A stretch of 64,000 nucleotides of DNA, taken from assembly GCF_009914755.1 (NCBI RefSeq), contig NC_060935.1, one strand, 5' to 3'. Of this stretch, positions 1-13,912 are shown piece by piece. Position 1 is the first letter of the stretch. The number at the start of each line of letters is the position of its first letter. This DNA is from the human T2T-CHM13v2.0 reference genome, Homo sapiens. Position numbers and translations under genes: made by a program. Under the pieces are notes generated by a model. That model did not search any database, was not told the origin of the DNA, and saw only the letters and a list, made by a program, of their open reading frames with translations.

Positions 1-88
1 ATTGCTTCAATTCCTCCTCCCTCCTTTTCTCCAGGTAGGAGCGACGAGTTTTCAACATTGCAAGTCTATGATCTCGTTTTCCAGTGGC
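1..88 (-). CDS. KIF18A: KIF18A coding exon 11 (5' part; continues beyond window start)
   Basis: Reverse complement after a tttcag acceptor (AG at 90-89) reads [29 protein letters not shown], in frame with exon 10; matches recalled KIF18A sequence. Confidence 0.95.
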
Positions 89-1424
89 CTGAAACACGAT
101 TCATTTAACAGTAAATCTAATTTTTATGATATTTGATGTACATGATATTAGTAAACTAGTATATTTTCTTATGTGTACTATTGTAGTAAATTAAGTTAGG
201 CTACATTTTTGTATTTAAAGCTATTTCCCCCTTGAAATCTCAGAATACTACTGCTTGCAAGAAAATAGGAAATTGAGCTGTGAGTCATTTTTATAAAATT
301 ACAGGTTGAGAGTTTATGGCTTTAAGAAATACAACGACCAAATCAAAGACTATAACTTTTTTTTTTTTTGGCGTTAAAGTACAGTCCCTTCAGTATGTTT
401 CATTTGAAAAGTTCATACAAGGTCAGATACATTCCATGATCTCCTTACTCAAAATCAAAGCAGATGCATATATTGCTCTTGTCTTTGATGTGAAGAAATA
501 ATGTGTTCTATTGTTCTGTGTTTGCCTATAAGGCCTCAAATTGGCTGATATAAATCACAGAAAAAAGAGCTTATATCAGAGTGCTTATCAGTATCTGATC
601 TTGCCTGTAGCTTGGTTCAGGAGCCATAATGAGTATTCAAAATATTTTTGGTGTTTTACCTAGGCACAAATTGAAATTAAAATTAGTCTTTGATTTCTTA
701 CCCTAAGGGTCTTGCACACTATCATGAAAACAATGGGCCAGAACATCTTGACGTCTCTGGGGTATTTGCCCACAGACACTAAAGTCAATAATTATCAGAT
801 AGGATGGGTAGACCTGAAACAGTGGATCCCCAAAGGTTAAAATAAGCATTTGCAGCTGGTTCTGGAAGCAGGAAATCAAAAAAAAGAAGAGCAGAAACTA
901 GATTTGAATTTGGTCGAAGAACTCCCCCTCTTTGGGAGATAAATATCTCTTAATTTTGACAAAAGATGTACTATTGAGACTTGGGCATATAATAGAAAAA
1001 TATGGTTATCTTCATCTGGATAGAGGATATGAGCTTATAAATGATTTAAGGTCAGGCAAAGGTGGCTATCATGAAGTCATAACCAAATCTTAGATATTCA
1101 TAAAATTTTACTTACCTTCCCCTCAAGGGAAATACAAGAGTCAGAGAGAAGCAGATTCCATTTCAGGCTAGAGTCATAGATAAGGGAAAAATAGTTGATA
1201 GCCACCGTCATTCTCACTAAGGTTCCTGACTCTTTTTTATGGCTTCTCTGGTTAATTATAATATCCTAGTCTCTGTCTGTCACAGTAAGACAGTAACAAA
1301 AACAAAACAAATGTCTCAAAGAAACAAAAACCTGGATAGTCAAGAAGAGAAAACAAAACAAAATGTAACCCATCAAACTGACCACAGCGCTAGGATGAGA
1401 ATTGTGACAGAATGCTACAATGCA

Positions 1425-1749
1425 GGCTGGGATGGTGGCTCATGCCAGTAATTCTAGCACTTTGGGAGGCTGAGGCAGGAGGACTGCTTGAGGCCAGAAG
1501 TGCAAGACCATCCTGGACAACATAGAGAGACCGTGTCTCCACACAAAAATTAAAAAATAAATTTAGGCTGGTTTCGTGGCATGTGCCTGTAGTTCCAGCT
1601 ACTTGGTGGGGTGGAGGGGCTGATGTGGGAGCATCACTTGAGTCCGGGAGGTTGAGGCTGCAGTGCAGTGAGCCATGACTGCATGATTGTGCCACTGCAC
1701 TCTAGCCTAGGCAACAAAGTGAGACCCTGACAGCAAAAACTAAAAAAAG
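1425..1749 (+). mobile_element. Alu (AluJ-like), full length
   Basis: Dimeric Alu sequence with A tail; degenerate TSD agaatgctaNNatgca on both sides. Confidence 0.9.
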
Positions 1750-1761
1750 AATGCTATCATG

Positions 1762-2374
1762 CAAAGGTTACCCAAGCATGGTACAGGGACCCCTAAGGAT
1801 TCCTGAGATCCTTTCAGAGAGTTCACAAGGTTAAAACTATCAAAACCATTTTTATAATATCAGGAAAATGTTATTAGTCTTTTAAAATTCTTGTTTGCTC
1901 ATACAGTTAGTTGCACAGTAGTTTTCTAGAGGCTAAATGATGTGTAACATCACAACAGAATAACAATTCAGCAGTTATGAGAATAGAGCTGATATGAAAA
2001 GCCAGGCATTAAAGAAATTTGCAAACATGTAAAACAACGCCACTCTTCTATTTTCACTATTTTTGAGAAAATAAAATTATTTATGTAACCACACATAATT
2101 TTTATTTTAATTATTATTTAACATTTAATTATTTATAATTTATTGCTATTTATTATATTTTATTAATATAATTTTTATTATTTACAATTAAGCTATTATT
2201 TAATATTATTTATTTTAAAATGAATCAATGCATAAATATATTTTTATAAATCTGTTTTAATTTCTAATATAGAAATATTGGTAGAGGGAATACATATAAA
2301 CAAAAGCTCTTTGAAGTCCTAAATAATTTTTAAAAGCAGAAAGGGGTCCTGAAACTTGAAGTTTAGAGCCACTG
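1762..2374 (+). mobile_element. hAT-Charlie DNA transposon remnant (Charlie1-like), AT-rich interior
   Basis: Ends resemble recalled Charlie1 termini (gacccc..gagatcctttcag..caaggttaaaactat and aaagctctttgaagtcct..ggggtcctgaaa..ccactg). Confidence 0.65.
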
Positions 2375-4123
2375 CTATAACAGAAGGTGGGAGGTGTGAC
2401 CTATTGACTTTTCTCTGCTATTCAGCAGATGTAAAAATTTAGGCAAACAGATTTTAGTGGGTCTTCAGTTACTTCGTCTGAAAAATGAAGATGAAAATAT
2501 TGTACCTAACTGAAGGCAGGCAGCTAATTAAATCATCTTTATTTTGCTTTAGCATTTACAGTCGTAGGGACTCTTAGAAACCAGGGCATGTGGGTCTGGT
2601 GGCAGCAATATTTAATATCAGAAAATCCTAAATGAAACCTCAAAAAGTCCATTTATGACTTTTTACTTCTAATGTCCATCAAATGTATCCTCTGTGATGG
2701 TTCTCAGAGGACATTTTCCATCAGAATACTACCACCACCCATTGCTCTAAAATGGCAAGTAAGTGTTTGGGAATACATTCTAAAATATGCATGTTAAACC
2801 CTGACATTAGAGTGAAATGTTTCCCATTAAGTTTTAAAAAAGCTTTACATATTTCATTAACAAAATCCCCTGCACACCACAAAAGTCTTGCGAGAGAACA
2901 AACATAATTCTACAATTTTAGTTGTTACTACTGCTTTGTGTAAAATAATTGCTAATATGGTAAATTCATATTTTTACATTAAAAACAATCTTACAGATTA
3001 TTTTTATGGGGTCATGAAATTACCCAGGAGCTTCCCTTTAATAGTAATTTCAAAATCCATACTCCAGAACTATTTATAGCTGAATCGATGTTATGAGATT
3101 CTTTCAGCACTTCTGATAACAAACCTCTATTGGAGAGAATCCAAAACATAAAATTCCTTGCCTTAGAAAAGCAGTTTACTCATACTACAGTTTGACACTT
3201 CTGTGTAAAAACAAAACGAATCAACCTCTAGATGTCTTCCTATGTTTTTCAGTGGGTTAACTACACCCAATAACTCAAGAGTTTTTATCTCCACTGCTTA
3301 CCTAGTCTCATAAGAATAGCTATGATAATTGGGAACCTGAGGATTGAAATGACCAAAAGTAAGAGATCAGAAAAGGCAATTGGGTTGAAAAAAGTCTAAG
3401 CTACTGTGCAGAAAAATAAGGATGAAAACAGAAAAAAAAAAAACAAAACCATAAAACCAGTCAAACCCATTCTATTATTCTATGTCTTAATCTTTCTAGA
3501 TAACCACATTCAAAATTCAATGGAGGAATTAAGACAGTAAAATAACAATTATCTAAATTACTTTGGGATTACATAGTCCAAGCTCATTAATTATACTAAA
3601 TAATAATATTCAAGTGTTTAAAAAATGGAACTCAAAGTTTTGATAATGCTACTCCCTTGCTTGAAAGACTGCATTTTGGCTACAAAAATAGATTTTAGAC
3701 TCCTAGCAACCAACAATTTCACAATCTATACCAATATCCTACCTTCCCAATCTATTGTTAATAATTCCTAACATGGCAAATATGTTTAACATCATGTGCC
3801 AACTCCAGTCCATTCATTGTGGTTCTGGCTACTTTCAAATTCTGAGAGAAGGTATGGCCACAGATCAGTGAAATTTGCTGTGGGTAAGGGAGTGGGAATT
3901 GGCACGAAGTTTTGAGTATAGTTATGCATTTCTACACGTATTGTCCAACAAATGTGACCTGCTCTGGTCAAACTCAGCAGAGCAAGCCACATTTGTTGGA
4001 CAATATGTATAGAAATGCAAGGCCCAGTACAAATCTCATCTTTCCACCAGGAAGCCTTCTTACTAAAAATAGGAAGTCACTGCTTACTTTTCTGAATAGC
4101 TATAGCATTCACGGTACTTAGAA

Positions 4124-4375
4124 TATAGCAGAGTGATTAAGAGTGCAGGCTCTGAAGCCAGACAGCTGGGGTTTAATATTGGTTCAGCCACATTAATTAG
4201 GTAAGTAACTCCAGACAACCTACTTGAGTTCTCAGTGCCTCTGTTCCTCACAAATGGTGATAATATTAGATCTATCTCATAGGCTTGTTATAAATACTAA
4301 ATTAATTAATCCATGCAAAAAACTTTGAAAAATGTCTGGCAAATAGCGTTCAATATCAGCTGTTTTTATTATTAC
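4124..4375 (+). mobile_element. MIR SINE
   Basis: tatagcagagtgattaagagtgcaggctctgaagccagac...ctcagtgcctctgttcctca core. Confidence 0.8.
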
Positions 4376-4717
4376 TATTTATATGACAAGCATATAGTGC
4401 CTTATCATTTTTATTATTTTTATTGCTCCAACTAGTATGTAAATAATTGAAGGACAAACACTTCTCTTTCTTTACCTCCATTGTGTCAAGCACAAGGGTT
4501 TTACATGTAAACAAGTGTTCAATAAGAGTTTCGTTAAAGTTGAGATGTTAAGTCAATATCAGCTTCCTATGGCTGCATTTCTTGCCTTTTGTCAAAAAGT
4601 AAATCTTAGATAACTGCACATTCAAATAATTGACACTTATATAATCTACACAAAACTGAGAAGAATTATTACCCACTGAAGATTACTATGTAATATAAGT
4701 GCTAATAATTGAAATAA

Positions 4718-4835
4718 ACCAGGCATGGTGGTGGACACCTGTAGTCTCAGCTACTTGGGAGTCTGAGCTACTTGGGAGGTTTGTGTGAGTTGTGGAGTGA
4801 GACCTTATCTCCAAAAATAAAATAAAATAAACATA
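4718..4835 (+). mobile_element. Internally deleted Alu right-arm fragment
   Basis: ccaggcatggtggtggacacctgtagtctcagctacttggga...gagtgagacctt plus A-rich tail. Confidence 0.75.
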
Positions 4836-5929
4836 AAAAATAAAGAAAAGAAGAAAAACATCTTAAAAATTTGAAATAAAATATATAATTCTTATATAAT
4901 ATGGTACTATTCCAGAATTCTGTTCAGCAACCATATGAAAGAAGTTCACAACAACAAATTGATAAATTAATCCAATGAGATAGTTATTTGGAAGTCATTA
5001 CATTTATCAAAGAATATTGGCAACAATTTGAAGTTCATGAAAGTGAAAGTACAAATATAGCAGCAAGATATAAATTCGAAGAAATAAATTGTTTCCTTTC
5101 TGCCTTAAAAGAATGCAAGGAACATCTTAAATGCATCTCAAAACACAAAATTGAAAAGAAAATTTCATTAAGGCATAAAAAGCACACACTCAATAAATAT
5201 ATTACTAATTTTGATAATATAGTTTAATAGCTACTGACAAACTGGTATCAATGATACATTACTGAATGCTTTATGATTAATTTCCGGTACAGCGTATCTT
5301 TCCCATTTCATAGGCTAACAAAAATCTAAAATGTTAGCTTTGAAAAGCACTCTTTAAAATCTGACAGCTTCTGGACATTAAGAAATGCAAAATTTTTCTA
5401 TATAATTATTACTTCTGTGAAAGTAGGAAAAGAAGAAAACATGTTTGGGGTGGTAGTTTGAGAGGAATGGGTTGTTACTTATAAGATAAAGCTTTTTAAT
5501 AAGTAGTATTTGAACATCATATGTCTATGTAATTAAATTACATAAAATACATAAAAATACAAATAAACTCATCACCAATGAATATCGAAACTGGGGAGAA
5601 TTGTCAGTATTTTCAAAATATTTATTTTTCTGATCTTTGGTGCTCCGTAGTTTCACACGTTTAGGTATATATTTATCTTATACTGCTTAGAACTCATGCT
5701 TCTTGAATTTACATCTTATTAGTCCTAGATAATTCTCAACCACAAATTTTTGCATATTGCTCTTTTTCACTAAATATCTCCTTCTGAAATGCCTATTAGA
5801 TGCATGTATGACTTTTCTTCTTGTTACATGAAGTCTATCCTTTATACAACATCTTGTCCACATGTGTTATCTTTATCCTGCATTTGGTGTAATTTTCTCA
5901 AATCTGTCTCCCAGCTCATGTAAAAAAGC

Positions 5930-6130
5930 ATAAACATAAGAGCACAGGCTCTAGATCTGGCATGCTACAGATCAAATCAGAACTCAGCACCTAGGAGCTG
6001 TGTCACCTTGGACAAAATGACTTGTATTTTGGTTTCCTCATTGATTATTAGGATAATATTACTAAATATTTCATGGGGTTTTCTGAGAATTAAAAAGAGT
6101 CAATATATGTAAAGTGCTTTAACATTTTCT
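5930..6130 (+). mobile_element. MIR SINE
   Basis: taagagcacaggctctaga...tgtgtcaccttggacaa...tttcctcat core. Confidence 0.7.
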
Positions 6131-7317
6131 GATATTGTATCAATAAGGTGAGTTTTTAATTTTAATGAATAAATTTTTAATTTCTGGAAGTTTCATGTGT
6201 TTTTTACCTCATATTTGAAAGTTCTTTTTTTGTGGTGTCTTTATCTTTGATTCCTTTATCTTTGTTCATTCTTATATTTTCTATTAGATTGCTCTAGTAT
6301 CTAAAGATTTGGGAGTTCTGTCATATTTGCTAAGAGTACTGAATCTTGTCTAGAGTGAATTATTTCTCCATCTGTTTTGTAATTTTGAAAGTTGAATTTA
6401 TTAGTGGCTAGAGTTGAGAATCTGTTTCTCTTAAGAGGCTGATTTTTGCATTGCTTCTGCCAGGTTTTCTAGTGGTATCATTGGTTTGATAATGTGCATT
6501 GTAATTGACCAACTTTAGGGGTTTTCTATACAAAATACATGGGTTGTAACAATTTAAACCTCAATCATTGTGAAAAGCAAGCCTATAATGGTAGTGTTCA
6601 AATGACTTTTTTTTCTTACCCCAGGCATGGTTACTTGGGGTAAGAAAAGCAACCATCCTTGCCAACAGTGATGGTTGGCAAGAATTTTTTTTTTCCTGGT
6701 ATACCCCTAGTATAAAGGATATAGGCCTCTGAAATTTCAGGCTTTAGATAGGAGCTCTCATTTCTAACTCACCGTCTCCTTTGGGTCTCTTATCTAAGTA
6801 GTGATGTAATCAAAGTTAGAAGAGTGGGAGTGGTCTGTGTTTGGAAGGGAGAGGGCAGTATATTATTGTATTAAAAAAAATAGTAAAACTGATTAAATGT
6901 TTGGTCTGCTTTTCATTAGGCCCCTGCCCTGGCACATCTAACAATTTCAGTGATAAAATTCTTCTCTGACAACAAAAATCTCCTGTTGGTCTAAGTTGTA
7001 AGCTACTGCCTGCATCCAGGATAGACTGCTTCTATTGCTCTACCTTTAGTAACTGGCTAACCTGAGTGGGTAAACTTCGTGTTAAAAGTTCCATAAAATG
7101 CCCAGAAAAACAACAGTTGTAACTGAGATTCTGTTGTTTTTGTTTATTTCCTTTTTGTTACTGACATCCAGGAATTAAAATTTCTTTCTTGTGCACTTAA
7201 CTATGTATTTTAAAAAATGTTTGCTACATTTTCTCCAACATTTCCAGATGTCTGTAAAGAATGGGTGAGTAAGTAGCCTTGACTATAAAATTTCCAGAGT
7301 TAGAACCACCGCCACCA

Positions 7318-7652
<335 letters not shown>

Positions 7653-7671
7653 TTATAAAATTGTTAATTAC

Positions 7672-7834
7672 CTTTTCTACTTTGTCTTCAGAACACATCA
7701 TTTCTATTTGTTTATGGCACTGTTGTTGGTAGAATGATTTAAGTTCATTTTCTTTAAGTAACATTTCCAACTTCAGATATTCTTGTCTAATTTCTTCTCG
7801 ATTCTGGAACAAGCAGTTCAGGATTTCTTGAAAC
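7672..7834 (-). CDS. KIF18A: KIF18A exon 10 (163 nt)
   Basis: (R)[54 protein letters not shown]; tag acceptor and gtaatt donor; phase 2 start fits exon 9. Confidence 0.96.
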
Positions 7835-10800
7835 CTACCAAAATTAAAACACATTACAGAATCTCACTAATTTTGTAGCAAATCATACAAAGTTTACTTA
7901 AGAGAAATGCATAAACAAAGGAATATATGTAATTCACAGAACTACACTCAATGATAAACAGCAAATAGGTAAAAATGACTATTTCCTATTATAAAAAATG
8001 TTTAGAAAAAGTTATTAACTTTACTTATACTACATTAGGTTTCTTTCTCACCCAAGGAAGATCATGTTGCTGAAAGATATGGGCATCATAAGGTGTCTGG
8101 TATTGCTAACATACTGCATTTTGTCTATGCTTACATCTATATGTAATCCTATTGCTTAGCAAAAATAAAATAATTTTTGTTTGTTGGAAAAGGATGATAA
8201 CCTGGGCATGCACTATCCAAATTCACAAGGCCCTATTAGCAACACAGCATTATGTGTTGTTACGGTGTTGGCTCACCGTGAAGGAATAAGCAGTAGGAGG
8301 CATAATCATATGGTGCCTCCATGGCCCCCTAGGGAAAGTGACAGAGCCAGTTTTTAGCTTCAGAATTTGTTATAGTGAAAACAGACCATACGGTTAGGTA
8401 CCCCCTACAGCCTGGCTAAGAATCAACTGACACTTCCAGGACTTAAAACATCCAAGTTTATAATGTGGTAAACCTAGAAAAGCTGCTGCAGTGTGCTTCC
8501 TCCTAAGGGCAATGTAGGTCTAGAATATCAAAGATGAGGAGTTTGATTCATATTTCCAAATGGCCACAGACTTCAAGCTGATTAAATTTTATGAAAACTC
8601 TGGATGGAACCTGCAATCCTGTATCCTTCTGGGTCAGTAGAACACTGGTCACAGTAATATTTTAATTTTTTAAAATATATTCATGGTTTTAAGTCATAGA
8701 TCAGCTCTGAGCTACAGTAACAGTATAAACATTCATAACAGTGAAGACTTTAAAATAAAGTAAAATCAAGTACATGCATTTAAAAAAAATGTTCTAAACT
8801 GGCCAGAATTTTAGATATACTCATAAGGATCAGCGGTAAAAACACTGCCAATTTACGTCAGTAGCTCTTAATGAAACTCTATTGGGAATGAATATAAGCC
8901 ACAAAACACTGACTTTACTGCAGTTTTGTCAAACTGATAAATATTTCATAGGAAATATGTACAGACACTGTGATTTCATTGCATTATATTACACCAACGG
9001 TAATGCCAGTAAATGAATTGATAAGTTATCTTTAGGTTATACTTAAAGAGATAATTTCTTAGTTTTTCTATAACTTTTTATTCAAGGACAAAGTTAATAT
9101 TTGTCAATTTTGTGATCTAGACTTATTTTAGGTGGTGGTGTTCACTGATTAGGATGAAAGGAAGGGAATTGGTATCAAAGGTTTCTAGAGAGCTCCTTAA
9201 CAACACCAAAAAAAGCTATCGTTTTAAAACTGAAAGAGTTCTAAGCAAACATTCAAGTTAAAAGTATCTGCACCAATATTTTTAGGTAATACATGAGTAT
9301 TAAACTCCACAATTTTCTTGGTATAGTCATAAGTGAAGTTTTATAATTACTCTTTATAAAAGAACAATTGTGTTTTCTTTTTATGATTTCCTTTTGAGAA
9401 TTACCTTTCCAAATAGCTCTGATAGACAGAAAATACTGCAGATTCTTCCTTTTATCTGTTTAAACTTCATAAAAATGTTATTTAAGTTTTATAACAAAAG
9501 ACACTTTGAAAATTCATGGCATTAAAAAAGTCCCATGTAACAGTATGATGGATAAAATAAAAGATATTTCATACATTTATTTCAAAAGGCAGTAATTTTT
9601 AGGGGAAATAACAAAAGTTATTTGGTACATAATTTTTATCATTAACTTCTTCATAAATACAAGTAAGTTACTTAACATATTGCCAGAATTAAAATCAAAG
9701 CTTTTATTGTTGGTCAAAAGTCAGGTTGAAATATGAAAAACATCCAAATAAATACTTATTTCATAGCTCAGGCCCTTCCCTCCTGAGAGGAGGGCCTTAC
9801 CAGAAAGAAAGGTTCAATTATTTAAAGCCATCAACTCCAGAAAAGTTTACTAATCTGTAAGGTTTTAATTGGTATAGTAGACTTGGTTAAGCAGTGCTGA
9901 GCAATTTTATGGAATCAGTTACTCTAAATTTGAGAAGCTGGAGAATTCTAATAGATATCCAATTACATGAGGACCGCTCCCACATTTAACTAACAAAATG
10001 AAATAACAACAACAACTAATAATACTATATCAGAGTTAAAAGTTTTCTTTGATGAGATGAAAAACCAGAAATCATTTTTACTTATTTCTTAAGAAATACT
10101 GTAAAATATTTTATGTAAAACTTCAACACACAAATGCAATTTTAAAAAATTATAGCTGAATCAGGTATGAAAGCCACTTTTGACTATAATCTTGTTTTCC
10201 TTATAGATACTGAGACACTTTCTACTAATTCTAGAGCTCCAAAACAGTATGAATAACCATTGGTTTAAGTTGTAGTTGGTTTCTCATACTAATAACAGAT
10301 AACTGGCTCTGCAGAATGTCAAATAAGTTTACCTTTACTCAATTTTAATGAAAGTTGAACAGATTCCTTTACTACAGGTTTTCCCTTTAATAAGCTGATG
10401 TACTTTGGAAGTTTCCTAGATTCCTTATGGAGTAATTTCCAAACTTGTTTAATACAGGAATTCCTTATTGTCCTCCTAGAAGTACTCAAGATTAACATCT
10501 TGATCCAGTGTCTCAATGGGTCAATTTGGAAAACTGTCTTAGCTGCTTGAGGAAAAAGTACTTTTGCATACTGTATTACTAACTGCTTTCTTTTTAAAAA
10601 TTTACCTGCTAAGAAGCTTAGTAGAAACCTCTCAAAATTCTGTATTGGTTTATATCACTGACAGATGTTCATTCAAATAATTACCCATTCAGGCTCAATA
10701 AGTAGATTAGTTAAGCTATAGAGAGTTAATAAAATGAAGAATAGAGTAGATTTACATGAAATATACAAATAATGATTATGTCAGAAAAGAACAATATGAG

Positions 10801-10980
10801 TGCCACTAAAATTAAACTAAGTCTACAGGGTGACATAACTGGCTTTGTCTCCACTATCTTATACCTAAGTTCTGGTTCTCTTCAATATATGTAAAATAAA
10901 AACTAAAATTACTTGATCTACAAAGTGTGAAATATAAAGAGAAATCACTGACTTCTTGAATTCAGTTGAGAATATATATA

Positions 10981-13368
10981 CAGGCATACCTTGTTTTATT
11001 GTGCTTTGCAGACACTGTTTTTTTTTTTTTTTTTTAAACAAACTGAAGGTTTGTGGCAATCTTGCTGTGAGCAAGTCTATAAGCATCATTTTTCCTACAG
11101 CATGAGCATTCAGTGTCACATTTTGGCAATTCTTGAAATATTGTAAACTTTTTCATTATTACATATCTGTCATGGTGATTTGTGACCAATGATCTTTGAT
11201 GTTACCATTGTAATTGCTTTAGAGTGTCACAAATTGTGCCCATATAAGACAGTAAACTTAATCAAGTGTTGTGTGTGCTCTGACGGCTCCACTGACTGGC
11301 TGTTTCCCTACCTCTCCTCAGCCCTCCCTATTCCTTGAAACACGTTGAAATCGGGCAAATTAATAACCCTAAAATGGCCTCCAAGTGTTCAAGTGAAAGA
11401 GTTAGTTGCATGTCTATCATTTTAAATCAAAAGCTGGAAATTACTAAGCTTCTAAGGAAGGCTTGTAGAAAGCCAAGATAGGCGAAAAGCTAGGTCTCTT
11501 GCACAAAACATTTAGCCAAGTTGTGAATGCAAAGGAAAAATTCTTGAAGGAAATTAAAAGTGCTACTCCAGTGAACACACACACTAAGAAAGTGAAACAG
11601 CCTTATTGCTGATATGGAAAAAGTTTCAATGGTCTGGATAGATTAAACTAGCTATCACATTTCTTTAAGTCAAAGCCTTATCCAGAGCAAGCCTTCTAAA
11701 TCTGTTCAATTCTACAAAGGCTGAGAGAGGTGAGGAAGTTGCAGAGGAAAATTCTGAAACTAGCAGGTGTTGGTTCATAAAGTTTAAAAGTGTAAGAAAA
11801 AAAGCCTTCTCTAGAACATAAAAGTCTAGGTGAAGCAGCAAGTGCTGATGTAGAAGCTGCAGCAAGTTATCGAGAAAATTTAGGTAAGATCACTGATGAA
11901 GGTGGCTACACTAAACAACAGATTTTCAAGATAGACAAATCAGCTTTTAATTGGAACAATATGCCATCTAGGACCTTCATATCTAGAGAGAAGTAAATAC
12001 CTACTTTCAAAGCTTTAAAGAACAGGCTGACTCTCTTGTCAGGGGCTTTTGCAGCTGGTGACTTTAAGTTGAAGTCGATGTTCATTTACCATTTACAAAC
12101 ATCCTAGGGCCCTTATGAAATATGCTAAATTTAACTCTGCTTGTGCTCTACAAATAGAACAACAAAGTCTAGAGGACAGCACATCCGTTTACTTAATAAT
12201 TTTAAGCCCACTGTTAAGACCTATTGCTCAGAAAAAAAGATTCCTTTCAAAATACTAATGCTCACTGACAATACACCTGGTCACTCAGGAGTTCTCATGG
12301 AGATGGACGAGAAGATTAATGTTGTTTTCATGTCTGCTAACTCAACACCCAGTCTGCAGCTCATGGATCATGCAATTTTGACTTTTGTGTCTTCTTATTT
12401 AGGAAATACATTTTGTAGGGCTATAGCTGCTATAGATACTTTCTTTCATGGATCATGCTTCTCTGACGGATCTAGGCAAAATAAATTGAAAAGCATCTGA
12501 AAAGAATTTGCCATTGTAGATGCCATTAAGAACATTTGTGATATGTGTAAGGAGGTCAAAATATCAACATTAATAGGAATTTGGAGGAAGTAGATTCCAA
12601 TCCTCATGGATAACTATGAGGGGTTCAAGATTTCAGTGAAGAAACTAACTGCAGATGTGGTGGACATGAAAGAGAACTAGAATTAGAAGTGGAGCCTGAA
12701 GACAGGACTGAATTGCTGCAATCTCATGATTAAACTTGAAGAAATGAAGAGCTGCTTCTATGGATAACCAAAGAAAATGGTTTCTTGAGAAAGTTTACCA
12801 CCTACTCCCTATAAAGATGCTATCTACGTTGAAATAACAAAGGATTTAGAATATGACATAAATATAGCTGATAGAGCAGTGGCAAGGTTTGAAAAGATTG
12901 TCTCAAATTTTTAAAGAAGTTCTACCGTGGGTAAAATGCTATCAAAGAGCATCACACACTACAGATAAATCTTTCATGAAAGGACGAGTCAATCTATGCA
13001 GTAAACTTCATTGTTGCCTTATTTTCAGAAATTGTCACAGCCACTCCAACTTGCAGCAACCATTACTCTTACTAGTCAGATGCCATAAACATTGAGGGAA
13101 GACCTCCACCAGCAAAAAGATTATGACTTGCTGAAGGTTCAGATTATCATTAGCATGTTTTAGCAATAAAGTATGTCTAAAATTAAAGCAAGGCATTATC
13201 TTTTCAGATATAATGCTATTGCACACTTAATAGACTATAGTGTAGTGTAAACATAATTTTTATATGCACCGGAAAACCAAAACATTTGTGTGACTCATTT
13301 TATTATGATATTTCATTTATTGCAGTGGTCTGGAGAACTAAATCTGCAATATCTCTGAGTCAAGCCTG
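10981..13368 (+). mobile_element. Tigger1 (pogo/TcMar) DNA transposon, near full length, transposase disrupted
   Basis: TA|CAGGCATACC left TIR and ...atctctgagtcaagcctg right TIR; about 2.39 kb; transposase start MASKCSSER at ~11374; DDE-domain remnant FKILMLTDNTPGH in ORF 12141-12500. Confidence 0.92.
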
Positions 13369-13524
13369 TTATGTATGTATGTATGTATGTGTGTATATAT
13401 AAAATTATAAACATACATATCTATGTACATATAAAAGACATAACAAATGATAATTAACATAAAATACTTAACAAAATTTTAAAACAATAAATTCCTCAAA
13501 ATTAGATCTTAATGTAATGTTTAC

Positions 13525-13637
13525 CTTTCGATTTCTTTTTCCTGAGGGTTTGAAATCATTAACTTTGCTTGGTCATTTTCATTAGTGAAGGCTTTCTGTT
13601 CTTCATAGGCTTTTAGTTTTTCTTTTAACAATAAAAT
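13525..13637 (-). CDS. KIF18A: KIF18A exon 9 (113 nt, coiled coil)
   Basis: [37 protein letters not shown](R); tag acceptor, gtaaac donor. Not in the ORF track (too short). Confidence 0.95.
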
Positions 13638-13837
13638 CTAGTAGAGAGAAATCACTAGTTAAAATACAAAAGAAGTCATTTACATGGCCACAGCCAAATT
13701 TAGCTGTAAAAAATAACTGAATTAACCAGATTTTAATTTTAATAGAAAAATATGTTAAATTTTTGGACAATTAAGATTATAAAATTCTATAAATGAAGAA
13801 CTGCGCAAGACTAGCATAAAAATATAAACAGACATAC

Positions 13838-13912
13838 CTCTGCCTTCTGCTCATTACAGATCTTTACATATTGAGTTATATGATTATTGACATTAAGAAC
13901 ATTGCTCTTCAA
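13838..13912 (-). CDS. KIF18A: KIF18A exon 8 (75 nt, neck linker/neck coil)
   Basis: [25 protein letters not shown]; cag acceptor, gtatgt donor. Confidence 0.95.

Noticed and set aside
12141-12500. 119-aa ORF as a domesticated TIGD-like transposase
   Set aside because: A fragment of decayed Tigger1 with stops and frameshifts on both sides.
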